In this document: piece after piece, positions 23,561 to 38,143 of the stretch
Position numbering within the stretch: position 1 is the first letter of the stretch
How the letters are laid out: every line of letters starts with the position of its first letter
DNA from: Neodothiora populina
Taxonomy: Eukaryota
DNA length: 64,000 bases
Assembly: GCF_041146345.1 (NCBI RefSeq)
Contig: NW_027191417.1
Location: 372,001-436,000, forward strand
Reading direction: 5' to 3'
Made by a program: the position numbers and the translations under genes
The notes under the pieces: generated by a model
The model's database searches: none
What the model saw: only the letters and a program-made list of their open reading frames with translations
What the model was told of the DNA's origin: nothing

Positions 23561-25347
23561 CTAAAGACGAGGACCCGACCGTTCGTGAGAAAGAGTCTCC
23601 AAGATCGGAGCCGCTTCAACAGGCTCTGTCTTTCCGCTGAGTGCTGTCAGCACGTTGAGAGGCTTCTTCTCTTTCAGTCGCACGACCCGTTCGCTTGTGA
23701 TTTCCCAGACGACGGGCAATTCGGTGTCAGTCCATGACTTCCCAGCCATGAGCTTTACTAGCCCTGGGGCTGCGGTGAAGATGCGTGCCATTCCACTGCG
23801 TTAAGTTTTATATATCAGCCCTCGTGTCGCGTAGATATACGTTCAACCTATAGCACTCGAGAGATTGCACAGGAAGACTTACTGTCCGTGATGACCAGCA
23901 CATATCCACTGTCCTGGCAGGTTTGGCAGCTGCCCTACGAAGGGCACGGTATCCGCGCTCTGGTCAATGGTCAGCTTTTGTCCACAGGAATGCAGCAGGT
24001 ACACCACGACGCCGTGGTTGACTCACCCAAGCGATGATACCACTCCAACCATCGTCATAGGCTATTCCAGAGTGTTCTGCAGTCCAGCCCGGGAGATGGG
24101 ATTCTGTAAACTCCTTGATTGCGTCTGAGATGGTTTCGAAGCTGGTCAGTCCATCGTCTGCGTACTTTTGCGGATGCTCAGACAACCAGTTCTCGAATTT
24201 CCTTTGGCCTGGGTTTGATCCACCAAACAAGATCAGATCACCGCCACTGGCACAATTTGGATTGATGCTAAACAAGGCCCCATCAGGCAAGAGTACACCA
24301 TAGGAGTTCTGGAGGCCATTGGATCCGGCAAAGCTCACAGGGGGGACGATCTTGTTGCATATGTGTGGTGAAGGGCGAATGAGATCACGAAGAGACGGTT
24401 CCAGCGCAGGGCTGTATGCATTGGTTGCGTGGATAACCTGCCCGCACTCGATCTCGCCGCGGTCGGTCTGAACCATCCACTTTCCTGGGTTCTCTGAGGA
24501 GGGTTTCACAAACGCAGCTACAGTGCGAGTCTGGAGGTTGACCCCGTTCTTCAGGTTTTCACGCATGATATGGGCCGCAAGCTTCCATGGGTATAGTGTT
24601 GACGCTGACCAGGCGTAACAAGCCTGCGCACCATCGATGCGAGATATCTTGGCTGCTTCACTGGGTTCCGTGGTAACCTTAATATGGTCTACCTTGCCAC
24701 CAGCCGCCCTGACACGCTCGAATTGGTTGGCTGTTCTAGCAGCTACCTCTGGAGTCATGGGAACATCCAGCGTGTCGCCTACCCAGAGGTTGCAGTCGAC
24801 GTCGTTCTCACGGACGTACTGTACCATGTCTGACCATGTCTGCCATTCATTGGCCAATATCTGTTTGAGTCGCAACCATTAATCAACAGTGTCTCCGCGA
24901 GGGCCTCGTAGAAAGTCAGGTCAAAGACGTACCTTAAGGGCCTGCTCGTTTCCAAAAGCCTTTTCGTACGCTTCGAACCCGCGGTACTGATCTGGCTTGC
25001 AGTGACCAGCATTGCGACCAGTAGCACCAGAACAAAACTCACGTGCCTCGAGCACCACTATGCGTTTCTCAGGCCAGGTTGCCAGGCATTCTTTGGCTAC
25101 CAAGGTGCCTGTCAACTATTGCAGAGAACAAAAAAGTCTTTGTCAATTGTCCGTGAAGCTCGAGGGAGTAATGCGCGACTGTACTTACGCCAGAGCCTAT
25201 AACCACAATGTCTGTAGATACAGGTAACTCAGGTGTTGTGCGGTGGTTCAGAAGAGCATCGCCCTGCACACCTCGCAGCCAATATGATATCGACTGACCA
25301 TTCTGCTTTGGAAAGCCCGATTGCTGAGTGAATTTCTCCGTGGACAT
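23561..25347 (-). CDS. FAD-dependent oxidoreductase (DAO / PuuB-like superfamily)
   Basis: Introns 25116-25188, 24861-24932, 23960-24026 and 23796-23882 join DIVVIGSGLTG, VVLEAREFCSGATGRNAGH, VIHATNAY and WSGIIAWSADTVPFVG..AGHHGHGMARIF in frame. Confidence 0.9.
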
Positions 25348-25940
25348 TTCGCCAGTAGCCTACTTGAACAGCCTGCAAGCCACGTTCTTTGACCTCTGCC
25401 GACGACGCTATAGGATTGTGAGTGGGCTGATGTGCTTCGTGTCAATCTACCTGCGGTGGAAATATATCGCGTCTCTTGCCCAACAAATGATTGTGGAGGC
25501 GAGCATGCAGCCAAAGAGACCCGAGGAGTTCTTGAGGCCATATCTCTGATACTTATAATGCATGCAATCTAACTGAGTGAAGAAGGTAAGTGCCGACAGC
25601 AATACGCTATGTTCACTGATAACGATATCTGATGTACGAGCCACATGAGTGGGTGTGGGGTACGACACTGGCGGGGGTTTGCCCGGACGGTATATTGCAA
25701 CCAGAGGTATCAAGGATGTGCACTCAACGCATGCAACTTATACAGCACCCACAATGCTTCCAGTATATTGCTTGGTCGTCTGTAGGACACTCGATGAGTG
25801 TAGCTATAAGGTAGGTTGTGCCACTTGCTGCATGGCATTTCCACATCTGCATAACATCGACTCCCCCTGTCCTCCTCTCACTATATTGTACGCCTGAACT
25901 TGACCTTCTATTGGTCTTGCGACAGTGAGCCATATACATC

Positions 25941-27759
25941 ATGTCGGCTGTTGTTCCAATAGAGGACAGTGCTCTGAATGCACAAATGTGGCCCCCAGGG
26001 ACCGCCCGCCTTGAAGAAACGGGTCTAGGGTCTTCAGCTAAGGATGATAAGATCATCTTGCAGCCACAGCCAACAGACGACCCTAATGATCCTCTGAATT
26101 GGCCCATATGGCGGAAATATGTAAACTTTGGCCTCTCGTGCTTCTGGGTGGCGATGGTGGGTGAGTTCATCAACGCCGCCGGACCTACCTGGGGAGCCAT
26201 GCATAGAGAACTTGGGTTCAGCTTCGAGGTACTCAACGACAGCTACGCTGCGGGATGCGCTGCTCTAGCAGTGGGCGGCTTAGTCCTCATACCTTTCGCG
26301 CTCAAGTTTGGTCGCCGACCACTCTACTTGTCTAGCACGATGTTGCAGTTCGGATGCAGCATCTGGTCAGCCAAGATGCAGACAGTAGCAGACATCGTGC
26401 TGATCAACATCCTCCAATGCGGCTTTGGGGCCCTGGCCGAGGTTATTGTCCAGATGACAATTGCAGACCTTTTCTTCGTGCACCAGCGCGGTAAGATGAA
26501 CAGCGTTTACGTCTGGATATGGTACTTTTCTAGTTACCTGGGCCCTCTAATCGCTGGGTTTATTGCTGTCGATGAAGGCTGGAGATGGATCTGGTGGTGG
26601 AATGTCATCTTTTTCGGTATTGCCATGTTCGTTGTTGGATTTTGCTATGAAGAAACAAAGTATAGTCCAGTCGCCATGTCTTCGGCCTTCAGTATGGACC
26701 AGTTGCTCAGCACTGATGGTCGCACAGGATCCGATCCTGCTTCCTCGACCAAATTCAGACATGAAGTGAAGGACACCACTGAGGTTACGGCCAAAGACGG
26801 AAAAAGAAATGCAGACATGACGGACGATAACAGGATCGCTCTTCATGGACCTCCTGAAGTGGTAGCGGAAGTTTGGTCGTCATCGCAAGACATCTATGCT
26901 GTCAAGATCAACCCAAGCATTCCCCGAAAGACGTATTGGCAAAGGTTAGCACTCTTCAGCACAACATCCTCCGGAGGCGGTGTCTCCACATACATCGGCC
27001 ATATGTACCAACCTCTGGTTTTGCTTGTAACCATACCTGCTATAGCCTGGGTGGCACTGGTATACGGAATCCTTGGAGGGCTTCAAGACGTCATGGCTAC
27101 CGAGTTATCAACATACCTGACAGAAGCTCCGTACAACTTTAATTCGGACCAGATCGGCCTCTTGGCTATACCGCAGATGATCGGGGTTACCATTGGTACG
27201 CTGGTCCCAGGTCCTCTCAGCGACTGGATAGTCATCTACCTATCGCGTCGCAACAATGGCATCTATGAGCCAGAGATGCGACTATGGTGTATCATTCCGT
27301 TTCTTGTATTCGCCCCCGCGGGTGCGCTCATGTTCGGCTTCGGCCTGAATAATGGTCTTCCATGGCCGGTAATTGCTGTTGGCCTGGCATTGTACAATGT
27401 CGGGATGGCGCCCATAAACAGTATCTCCATTACTTATCTGACCGACTCGTATCAAAATGTAAGTCTTATTCCTCTGAAATAAACAATGGTAAAATGGCTG
27501 ATGAATTTAGATTGTCGGTGACGCTCTAGTCGGCGTTACGCTGGTGCGAAACTGCTTCAGTACTGCATTCGTCTTCGCCCTGACACCATGGGTAGACGCG
27601 GTCGGTCTCAAGTACACCGTGGTCACATGCGTGGTGATTGCATGTGTTATCCTGGCATTCTTGGGTGTCTTCATCAAATGGGGTAAGACCTTTCGGGTCA
27701 GAAGCGCGGAGAGATATCACCGCTACGCTCAGAGGCAATACAAGGAGCGAGCACTCTGA
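25941..27759 (+). CDS. MFS transporter (Hol1-like / DHA1 family)
   Basis: LQPQPTDDPNDPLNW, KFGRRPLY, TIADLFFVHQRG, GWRWIWW and YEPEMRL. Intron 27459-27510. Confidence 0.92.
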
Positions 27760-28195
27760 TTTCAAGCTACAAGTAGTTGTAATAATTCCTGTTGTGCAAG
27801 AGAGTGAATTTCCTACTGTTGACTGGAAGGTTGGGAGGCTCCGATAAAGCCAATGTCTTTTCGTCATGATTCACCTAAACTGCTTGAACGGAAGGTCAGA
27901 AAGCGCCGATAACGCCGGTCAGTCTGACACACTCCAGGCTGCCCCTCTGTCACTTCCCGCCTATTATAGGAATAATAATAATATCACACGTGCCACAACA
28001 CTCGTCCATCACATTCATCCATCATCGGATTTGGTGACTTCTTGCTTCGAATAGGTCTTTCACCGTCTGTTCCTGATCCAAGAGACGTCTCTGAACTCCG
28101 TTCAACAGATCTCCCCTTTCGCCATCCGCCAACCTTATCCGTGCCTAACCATCCACCCACTCACCAAAAACGACACTTACACATACATCCTAGCC

Positions 28196-28885
28196 ATGAG
28201 TGGAGAAATGGCGGAGCAGACATCCATCAACTTTGGACAAATATTCGCTGTCGCCATCGTTGGCTACCTCGTCTTCCGGTGGTTCACGGCGTCCAATTCG
28301 CCCTCGACCCCGTCGTCCAGCAGGAATGGAGGCCGCAGCAGAGTCAGCCTGGCGCATGTCGAACAAGTGGCCCAGATGTTCCCGCAACTGGACAGAAGAA
28401 CAATCATGTGGGACCTGCAGAGAAACGGAGGGAGTGTGGCGGCCACGACAGAGAGGGTGTTGACGGGAAGACCATTGGACACGGTATGTTTTCTTGAGAT
28501 CGGAGCATTCCAGTCAGGGGGATCCCCTCTCTTCTATTTGTACTGTATACTGACTACATTGTGTGTCTCACAGCCTCCACCATCATTCCGTCCTCAAATA
28601 CCTGAGCCAGCGACAAACACATCATCCACAGGGACCACACGACAAGCAAAGCCCGCCAATCCAGACCTCATCACACGGTACAACCTTGCGAACAAGGTCA
28701 CGCAACAGGCAGACGCAGGCGAGGCGACGACCTCAGGCAGCAGCAGCAAGCCACCCGGTTGGTCGGCGAACAAGAACGAGCGCGCCGAAGCACTCAAGCG
28801 AAGACGGGAGGAGATGGTATTAAGCGCAAGACGGAAAATGGAGGAGCGTGACAGAGCCAACAAGGCGGCTGCTGCGTCCACCTGA
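28196..28885 (+). CDS. Membrane-anchored CUE-domain ERAD protein (Cue1/Cue4-like)
   Basis: N-terminal TM segment, CUE domain (VAQMFPQLDRRTIMWDLQRNGGSVAATTERVL), DLITRYNL, and a C-terminal RREEMVLSARRKM helix. Intron 28484-28573. Confidence 0.85.
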   Translation: MSGEMAEQTSINFGQIFAVAIVGYLVFRWFTASNSPSTPSSSRNGGRSRVSLAHVEQVAQMFPQLDRRTIMWDLQRNGGSVAATTERVLTGRPLDTVCFLEIGAFQSGGSPLFYLYCILTTLCVSQPPPSFRPQIPEPATNTSSTGTTRQAKPANPDLITRYNLANKVTQQADAGEATTSGSSSKPPGWSANKNERAEALKRRREEMVLSARRKMEERDRANKAAAAST

Positions 28886-30003
28886 GCGCTTGTATGGTAT
28901 TTGTCCCCTGTAGGCTTGCTTACTTGCTTGCTCTGTGCGTAGAATTACTTATTTGATTATACCCTCGCTGTTTCAATCGACATTGCACTTTATGGCTTTC
29001 CACTTGTAGATATTACCGGAGTAACATGACTTGCGATCGTTCTTACACCATGTTGGGCGCAGAGTGCATGATGGTCGAAGTGCTCAGCTCCCGGAAGCGA
29101 GTCATAGAGTCACTTTGGCGTTTGCCTGCATTACTCGCTTCTGGAAATGGGGACGGAGGATTGTCAGTCAATTGACACGGAGGATCTGAGAGCTATCGTG
29201 CAACATGGCTTGCGGCACTGGCCAACTGCGAGTCTGTGGTCCTCTTCAATGCCTGAGTATTGTACACAATTCTCTATACACAACTATCCCTCGAGGTGTG
29301 GTATTGCACAGTAGACTCATGTCCCGTGTCCCAGAAGACCAACTGCGGAACACGATCCGGACCGACGTGCGACCAAAAAGTCAGGCAAGGTAAATGCAAC
29401 GACTTCTTCCCCACAGGAAAGAGCTTCTTGCTCCTGCTTCGGGGCGAATCAACGATGAACAAAAGGGCCAAGACGTCGAGGAAGCCGATCCCCCTTCTGA
29501 AGCCATTTGTCTATCGTCTTGCCGAGTAGGTAAGGTACCTACCGTAGTCTTGGTTTATATTGTCGTTCGCCAACAGAAGAGATATAATAAAGAAACAAAA
29601 GAGAGGGACTGCAGATAAACGGTATGAATCGATCAGGTAGGTCCTAACGTCGCTGCTCTGTTTCGCTTCTCCAAACCACTTTCCGCACTTGCTCTTTCCC
29701 ATCTTCACTCTCCACCGACGCAATACTGGTTGTAAAATCCCACCATTATTTCCACCACCGCAGACGCCGACCTCTACAGCACAAGGTAGGCGCGCTCCAT
29801 CAACATATACACATACATCACCACGCTGCGCAAATCGAGGAAGCGCCCAACACATGCGCGTACGTCATGCGAGGTCTTGCGCATCCAACGCAATACACTT
29901 CCCAAACACACACATCACACTGCCAGCACCCCTCCATTAGCGAGCAATTGCGCGATCCAGAACAGACTGCAAATCAAAGACGAACGTCAAGCTTATCGGT
30001 GTC

Positions 30004-32002
30004 ATGAACAGCAGCAGCCGCACCACAGGCCTTGAGATCGATCCCCCAGAACGTCTACGCAACGACGACGCAACCCACGACAAACAGAAACAGCCCGATG
30101 GGCGCGCAAAGACTACAAAATGGCAAGCTAGGTACGATAGCCACAACCCACCCCATGGCACGTGCGATTGCCAGTCTATATTACCATATTGCAACATGTC
30201 CCGCTAATCTGTTCCTTTCTTTTACTTGTCGACAGGCGGCGCATCTAGCTGGGGCTTCGGCATGCCGTCAGGAATGGCAGGAGGTGCTCCTGGATTGTCC
30301 AACAACCGTCCCGCCCCTCTTTCCAATTTCGCCCAAGCAGCAATGGGTGCTTCCCATTCTCAAGCCCCGCTTGATCTCTCGTACGTTCCGTTGTCTTGAT
30401 CATCACATTATTTCTTGTCAATCCTGTCCCATCCTCATCATTGCATCTTCAAAGCACAGAGGCCCTTGTTGGAAGATACGAAAGATATGACTGAGGAGGA
30501 CTTGGCTTCAGAAAAAGATACCGATGCGCAATATCACATGTACATCTGCCACATCTGAGCACACGCGCTCTGCCGTGGTACCACATTCCCTTCCACACAC
30601 ACTAACCTCTGGTCGACAGTGAGTTCCCATCATTATCTGGAGGCCCCTCACAACCCAACAATGTTCCGCAAGCCTGGAATAGCACCGCCATAAGACAGCA
30701 ACCCGCGGTGCAAAGACCGCAGCCTCAGCAAGCCTCACAGTCACGAGTCATATCTGGTGGTCAACAGCCATTGAGCTTGGATAGTCAATTTGACGGTCAA
30801 TCTGCCGTTGCCCCGCGTGGTGCCAACAATCAGACACAGTCAGCCTCCGCAGACTTCCCGCCACTAGGCGGTCAACTAAATCTAGATCGCAGGCGACAAG
30901 CTCCCGGCCTCAATGGACTGGGCCAGATGAATGGACAAGCCGATCAATCCTCGGATGGAGGCAGTAGTCTGGAAGGTGTGTCAGGATGCTGAGCTGTACA
31001 CAAGATGCGACACGGCATGCTAACCTTCACTCTAGCTCTCCGATCGCCGTCTGAGAACTTCCGGACGCCGAGTGCCTTGCAAGACGTTCAAGAGGTAACG
31101 ACTCTTCCAGTACGGACACCCTCATTTCACTAATCAGGCCATAGTCACAGTCAAGACAATCGCGGAACGTGAGCAATCCCTCATCAACAGACCAACACCT
31201 GCCTTTCCGGAATGCCAATGCCAATGCCAATGCCAATGCCGCGAGCCTGCAGCAAACAAATTCCACGACCCAACCCAATGCCACTCCTCAGCTTCAACAA
31301 GGAGGCAACTTCGAAACCCCTGCGCAGATGGGCGATAACGCGCCCACAGCATCACAGCAGCAAGCGTCGGAAAAGCAACTATCAGAGATGACAGAGTCGG
31401 AAAAATACGGTCTTCCGGGTCTGATGGCCCAATTACACAACAACACTTTCTTCCAGGGCCAGGAGTTGACTGGCCTGGAAATCGATCTGGACAGGTTCGT
31501 GTCTTTTGTGCCTCATGCTTGTGATTCACAGCCAGCCTGACTCTCACACAGCTCGGAACCACTACATCCCATGTGGAGCACACCGTTTGCATCACTAAAT
31601 GCTCAGCGCATAACACCTGAATTTCTCCTCCCAGCAGCGTACTCGGTGAATAACGTCCCGCCGATCCACACGCGCATTACCGCCTTCACAGACGACACCC
31701 TGTTCGCCATCTTCTACCAGTTCACCCGCGACGTGCTACAAGAGGTCGCCGCCGGCGAGCTCTACGCCCGCGACTGGCGATGGCACAAACAGCTGCGCCA
31801 GTGGATGATGAAGGACACGAGTCTGGCCCAGCCTGTGCGCGTGTCGGAACGCTCGGAACGTGGCTTCTACATCTTCTTCGACGCCAACAATTGGAGGCGT
31901 GAGAGGCGCGAGTTTGTGCTGAGCTATGATGATCTGGACCAGAGGCACGGCAGCGCTGCTGCGGCCGCTGCAGCCGCAGGTGGTCAGCCGGTCGGGCTTT
32001 GA
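30004..32002 (+). CDS. NOT2: CCR4-NOT complex subunit Not2 (Cdc36)
   Basis: Introns 30132-30235, 30381-30619, 30976-31035, 31095-31144 and 31495-31551. Motifs PLDLSEFPSLSG, KYGLPGL, GQELTGLEIDL and the NOT box (DTLFAIFYQ..QEVAAGELYARDWRWHK). The start is ambiguous: ATG 30004 is out of frame and the first in-frame ATG is 30098. Confidence 0.9.
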
Positions 32003-32658
32003 GTGCAAGCACGATGAAGACGCGATGGCTCATTCGCTTCGAGAAACGGAGACTTGCAAGTCTAGCGGAAGAGTACAGAATCACATTCGTTGAAGGAGCG
32101 AGAGCGAGACGGAGAAAACCAGGGTGTTTGGTCAATATACAACTACCCTTGCATGTCTTCCTCTGCTCATTACCTTAAGTTTTCCAGGAATAGTGAGGAA
32201 CTCGTCCCCTATCACAAAATCGGAACCTTGACGAGACTCTTTCTTGTTCCTGCTTGTGACGGTATCAGAGATCCAGACATATCATGACGATATGAAGAAT
32301 CGATTCACATGAACTTGAGTTTGTTGTTTTCATGTTTCGCAAATTCACCACTTGGCCACACATTGTTGCGGTAGCACTGTTCCATATAGATGTAGAGCTT
32401 GCTTGGGACTTATGTAACCAATATATGGTAAAAAGAAAAAGAAAAGACATGGAAACTAAACAGACTTCTATCTGCCGCCGCGACACTTTTCTTCCTTGCT
32501 TGCCGAGTTGGCTCTCTACTGACCCTTCAGTACCCCTCCTCGCACTCCTTGGGCTTCCTCTTTCTTCCGCACTAAATCATCATTCAGTCGTGAGATTCTT
32601 CTCTGGAAAGGAGAAATCATTGCAGTGAATATTTTTTCGTTTATATATTTGTCTCTCT

Positions 32659-34445
<1,787 letters not shown>

Positions 34446-35634
34446 TACTGTGGTGTGATTATGTTGAGAAGGTGGGGTGAAGAGGGGTTATGACAGAAGA
34501 GGGGAAGAGAAGAGGGTCTTGTTGTGCCCGTTAGTTTTGTTGTATTCAAATAGTACTTTTCAGTTCCAGATGGAGAAAAAGAAAAGAATAATATGGGCAC
34601 TTACATGAGATGGAATTAAAAGGTATCTTGGTATGGAGAGAGAGAGAGAGCAAAAGGGAAGGAACTTTTGGCAACGGAAGGTGGGATGAGAGCAGGATGA
34701 CAGCAGGTGGAAGGCACCGGAGAAAGAGCGCCGGAGCTTCTCACTACTGTGACCGGAGCACTACCAAAACACCCACTAAAAACACCACTCGACAGACGGC
34801 AGGGCAGACAACCTGTGACGTCGCGCCATCCTCTCAAGGCAGTATGGTGTCACCCGTGGTATGGCGGGCGCGGGGCATCAGAGCATTCCTTGGCGGATGC
34901 TTCGATGAGCTCACGCCCTCTCCTCTTACTTAGTACAAATGCCGGCTAAAATCTGCTTGCTGTCGACATCGGCCCGGTCTCAATCTGTGCTGCTGTCTAC
35001 GCTTTTCGGTTTGCGGACTACTGCGCTCCGAACAGAACAGTACTTCCATCAATGGTTTATAAGGTGTCTGTGGTACAAAGGCAAGGCAGACGGCCTGGAA
35101 GGCAAGATCAAGCCATGACATGAACATGGGAGCAAGGATCACTTTAGCCGTCCGTGGCCCTGCCATAGACTCTACAGCACAGTAGGTAGCCTTGCAGAGA
35201 CTTGCGGTCAATCGCCGAACTTTCTTCACCTCGGCTTCTTGTCCGACACGACAACGGAAGCAGAGCTCGACTCGCTAAACATGTAGAGATGTTTCCTGAC
35301 ATTTGCTTGTTTGCCTGCTTTTCTGCGTACACATGTTGCAGGCGCCCCCTAGGACAGTCCAGCTGTTCCGGAGAAAGTGACAATCAATTGTGGTAGAAAA
35401 CGAACGACCGTACCGGCAATACTGGGGTAGGATATCTATCGAAAACGCCTGCTATACGCCCCGAGATGTTCTTCGATTCTGCCGACAGAGAGAGGGGGAA
35501 AGAGAAAAACGAGAAAGACATGATGGCTGCCTTCCAAAAGGCATGTGTTCGCCTCCATGTCGCATAACCTTACCGGCTCACGAGGTAGCTTTTTCCCCTT
35601 TGATTTCCATCCAAATGCCACTTGCTTCGTGAGA

Positions 35635-37886
35635 TCACTTCATGTACGAGGGGTCCTTGACACTTCCACCTGCGTCGCCGAGACCCTCGACCGGTCTGTT
35701 GTATGACCAGCCTGCGAACTGCTGCTGCATCGTAGACGAAAGCATCGGTCCATCGACGTAAGAGTCTGCCGGTGCTTCGGAGGTGAATTCGCGGTCGAAG
35801 TTCTCCGTGTCTCGCTCGTCAACCTACAGACAGAATTAGCGATGAGAACATACAAATGCCGCTTTACATGGAAAATCCAAACTTACCACGTTGGGCTTGA
35901 AGCTGGGCTCGTACTTCCTGTCCAGCAGCTTCCTCCAGTCTATGGAGTGGAAGAAGGGGTGTGCCTTGATCTCAGCTGCACCATTGACACCCAATCTCTT
36001 GTTGGCGTCTCTGTCTAGCAATCTCGTCAGGAGATCGCGGGCTGCTGGCGGGACAATCTCCGGTCCAGGGAAGTGCAGAGGCTCGGCCAAGATTTTTCGG
36101 TACATGTCGTTGGTGTTCTCGTCGTAGAATGGAGGCAGGCCGGTCAACATCTCGTAAAGCAGCACTCCGAGTGTCCACCAGTCGACCGTCTTGGTATAGC
36201 CAGTTCCGTGTAGCAGCTCGGGCGCCAGGTACTCAGGCGTACCGCAGAATGCTGTCGAATTCGTCAGTGCACTGCTTCCAAATATCCTTTTAGCATCAGG
36301 GAGGCGTCTCACTATTTGTCTTGTCCTCGTCCTTCATGTCGAGCTTACAGAGACCAAAGTCGCAAAGCGCTATATGCCCGGTGTAATCCAGAAGGATGTT
36401 CTCGGGCTTCAGATCTCGGTAAATGACATTGAAGCCGTGCAGACACTCCAAAGCGCACAAAAGCTCTGCGGCGTAGAATCTGGAACGATTGATGTCGAAG
36501 CGCTGCTCCTTCTGCAGGTGATGGAACAGTTCGCCGCCGTTGACAAAGGCGAGAACGAAGTAAAGCTTCTCTGGCGATTGGAAGGAGAATTTGAGAGGTA
36601 CAATGAAAGGATTGTTGATCTGAGCAAGGACGGATCTTTCGGCCAGGGTGTGGGCTACTTCGGATCGCGAAATGATGTGTGCCTTTCTGATGGTCTTGAG
36701 TGCGTATATCCGGCGAGTGTCCTTCTTCCTACGAATGAAGTCAGCAAATGTCCCCATGTGTATGTGCAGAAGACAAGCTTCATAATAAGCGCTTCTGGGT
36801 GATCTCAACGTACTGGACTTGCATGACCTTGCCGAAACTGCCCTTTCCTACGACCTTGAGGAGCTCGAAATCCTCAATCTTCAGAGACTGCTGACGGTTC
36901 TCCACGAACTTGACACCAATGCGGATCTGGCCAGTTCCGAACTGCACGTCTTTCCACTCGGCGCCTGCTTGGCCCAGGCTCTTCTCCTTCTCGGCATAGG
37001 CGGCCGAAGCTTTCTCCTGGTCTTTCTTGCTAAGCTTGGGGTCCTTCTCGTGCGGCTGGACCTCTTCGAAGCGAGGGCTGATCCTGCAACTTCCGATAAA
37101 GATGTCCTCGTTTCTTCCTGCGGTCGGTGAAGCGTTGGGGTTTCGGATGTAGAGAGACAAGGCAATATCCTGCGCTCTCGACACATCGAACTTGTACTGT
37201 GTGTTTTCTCCAGCCCAGACGGGCTTCTCGGGAGTACCCGACACGGCGTTGATGAAAACCTGTTGCTTGTCGAAGTCGACCAGAGCATACGGGAGGTACT
37301 TTGAGGAGTATCTTCCGTGGATAGAGGGCGCCGAGTTGATGCCGGCGGCGGATTGTGGACGGCCATAAGAACCAGAGTAACCTCCTTGAGTCATGGACGA
37401 GCCGGGTCGCTGGGAGCCTGCTACAGAGAAGCCACTGCCAGAGATGGAGTTGCCATGACGGGGCTGGAAGACGGTCTCTGCGCCAGACGGCAGAGAGAAG
37501 CCGCGGCCCTCGTGGAAGGTAAGGATTAAAATACCAGGCTTGAGGGGTTGTGGAGCTTGTGGGAAGGCATTGATCTCGGATGTTGACACTGTTGTTTGCG
37601 TGTGAGTATGTGGTAGTGAGGGATGAGGGACGACGACCGAGGGTGATTACCAATTCCATTTGCATCATGCGAGGCAGAAGTCGAGTTGGCCAGAGGGCTG
37701 GTCGGCGCCTTACTGGAAGCTTCATTGGTTATTGTGGACGTTGATGACGATCGACTGAAGGTGTTGGCCAGAGGCGCAAGATGCGTCTCCTTGAGCTCTG
37801 CTGCTGCGTAAACAATAGTGCGAAGATGGGCAGGTCACCGCATGTCTGGTGGGTTTATACTTACTCTTGGTTAACTTCCAAGACAT
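35635..37886 (-). CDS. YPK1: AGC Ser/Thr kinase Ypk1/Gad8
   Basis: MSWKLTK micro-exon, then introns 37798-37864, 37589-37650, 36729-36813, 36252-36312 and 35824-35886. Motifs GKGSFGKV, YRDLKPEN, DFGLCK, TFCGTPEYLAPE and hydrophobic motif QFAGWSY. Confidence 0.96.
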
Positions 37887-38112
37887 GATGTGTAATTGAT
37901 CTGTGAGGTCCTGGTGCTCAGAGATGGAAGCAGAACAGAGTTGTGCGGGCAAGAGCGTTAAGGGAGTGGGGGTAAGCGGATGTCTTCTTCCAGCTCAGGC
38001 CGCGTGCAGTCGGTGTGTAGGGCACAAGTGACAGAGCGACGATGATGGACCTCGAAGTTCAGACAACAACAGAGTCAAAAGGGCAGAGGCAGCGCGAGTA
38101 TTGCGCCGATGT

Positions 38113-38113
<1 letters not shown>

Positions 38114-38140
<27 letters not shown>
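38114..38140 (+). repeat. (GAT)9 microsatellite in the YPK1-ADA2 divergent intergenic region
   Basis: Seen directly. Confidence 0.95.
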
Positions 38141-38143
<3 letters not shown>

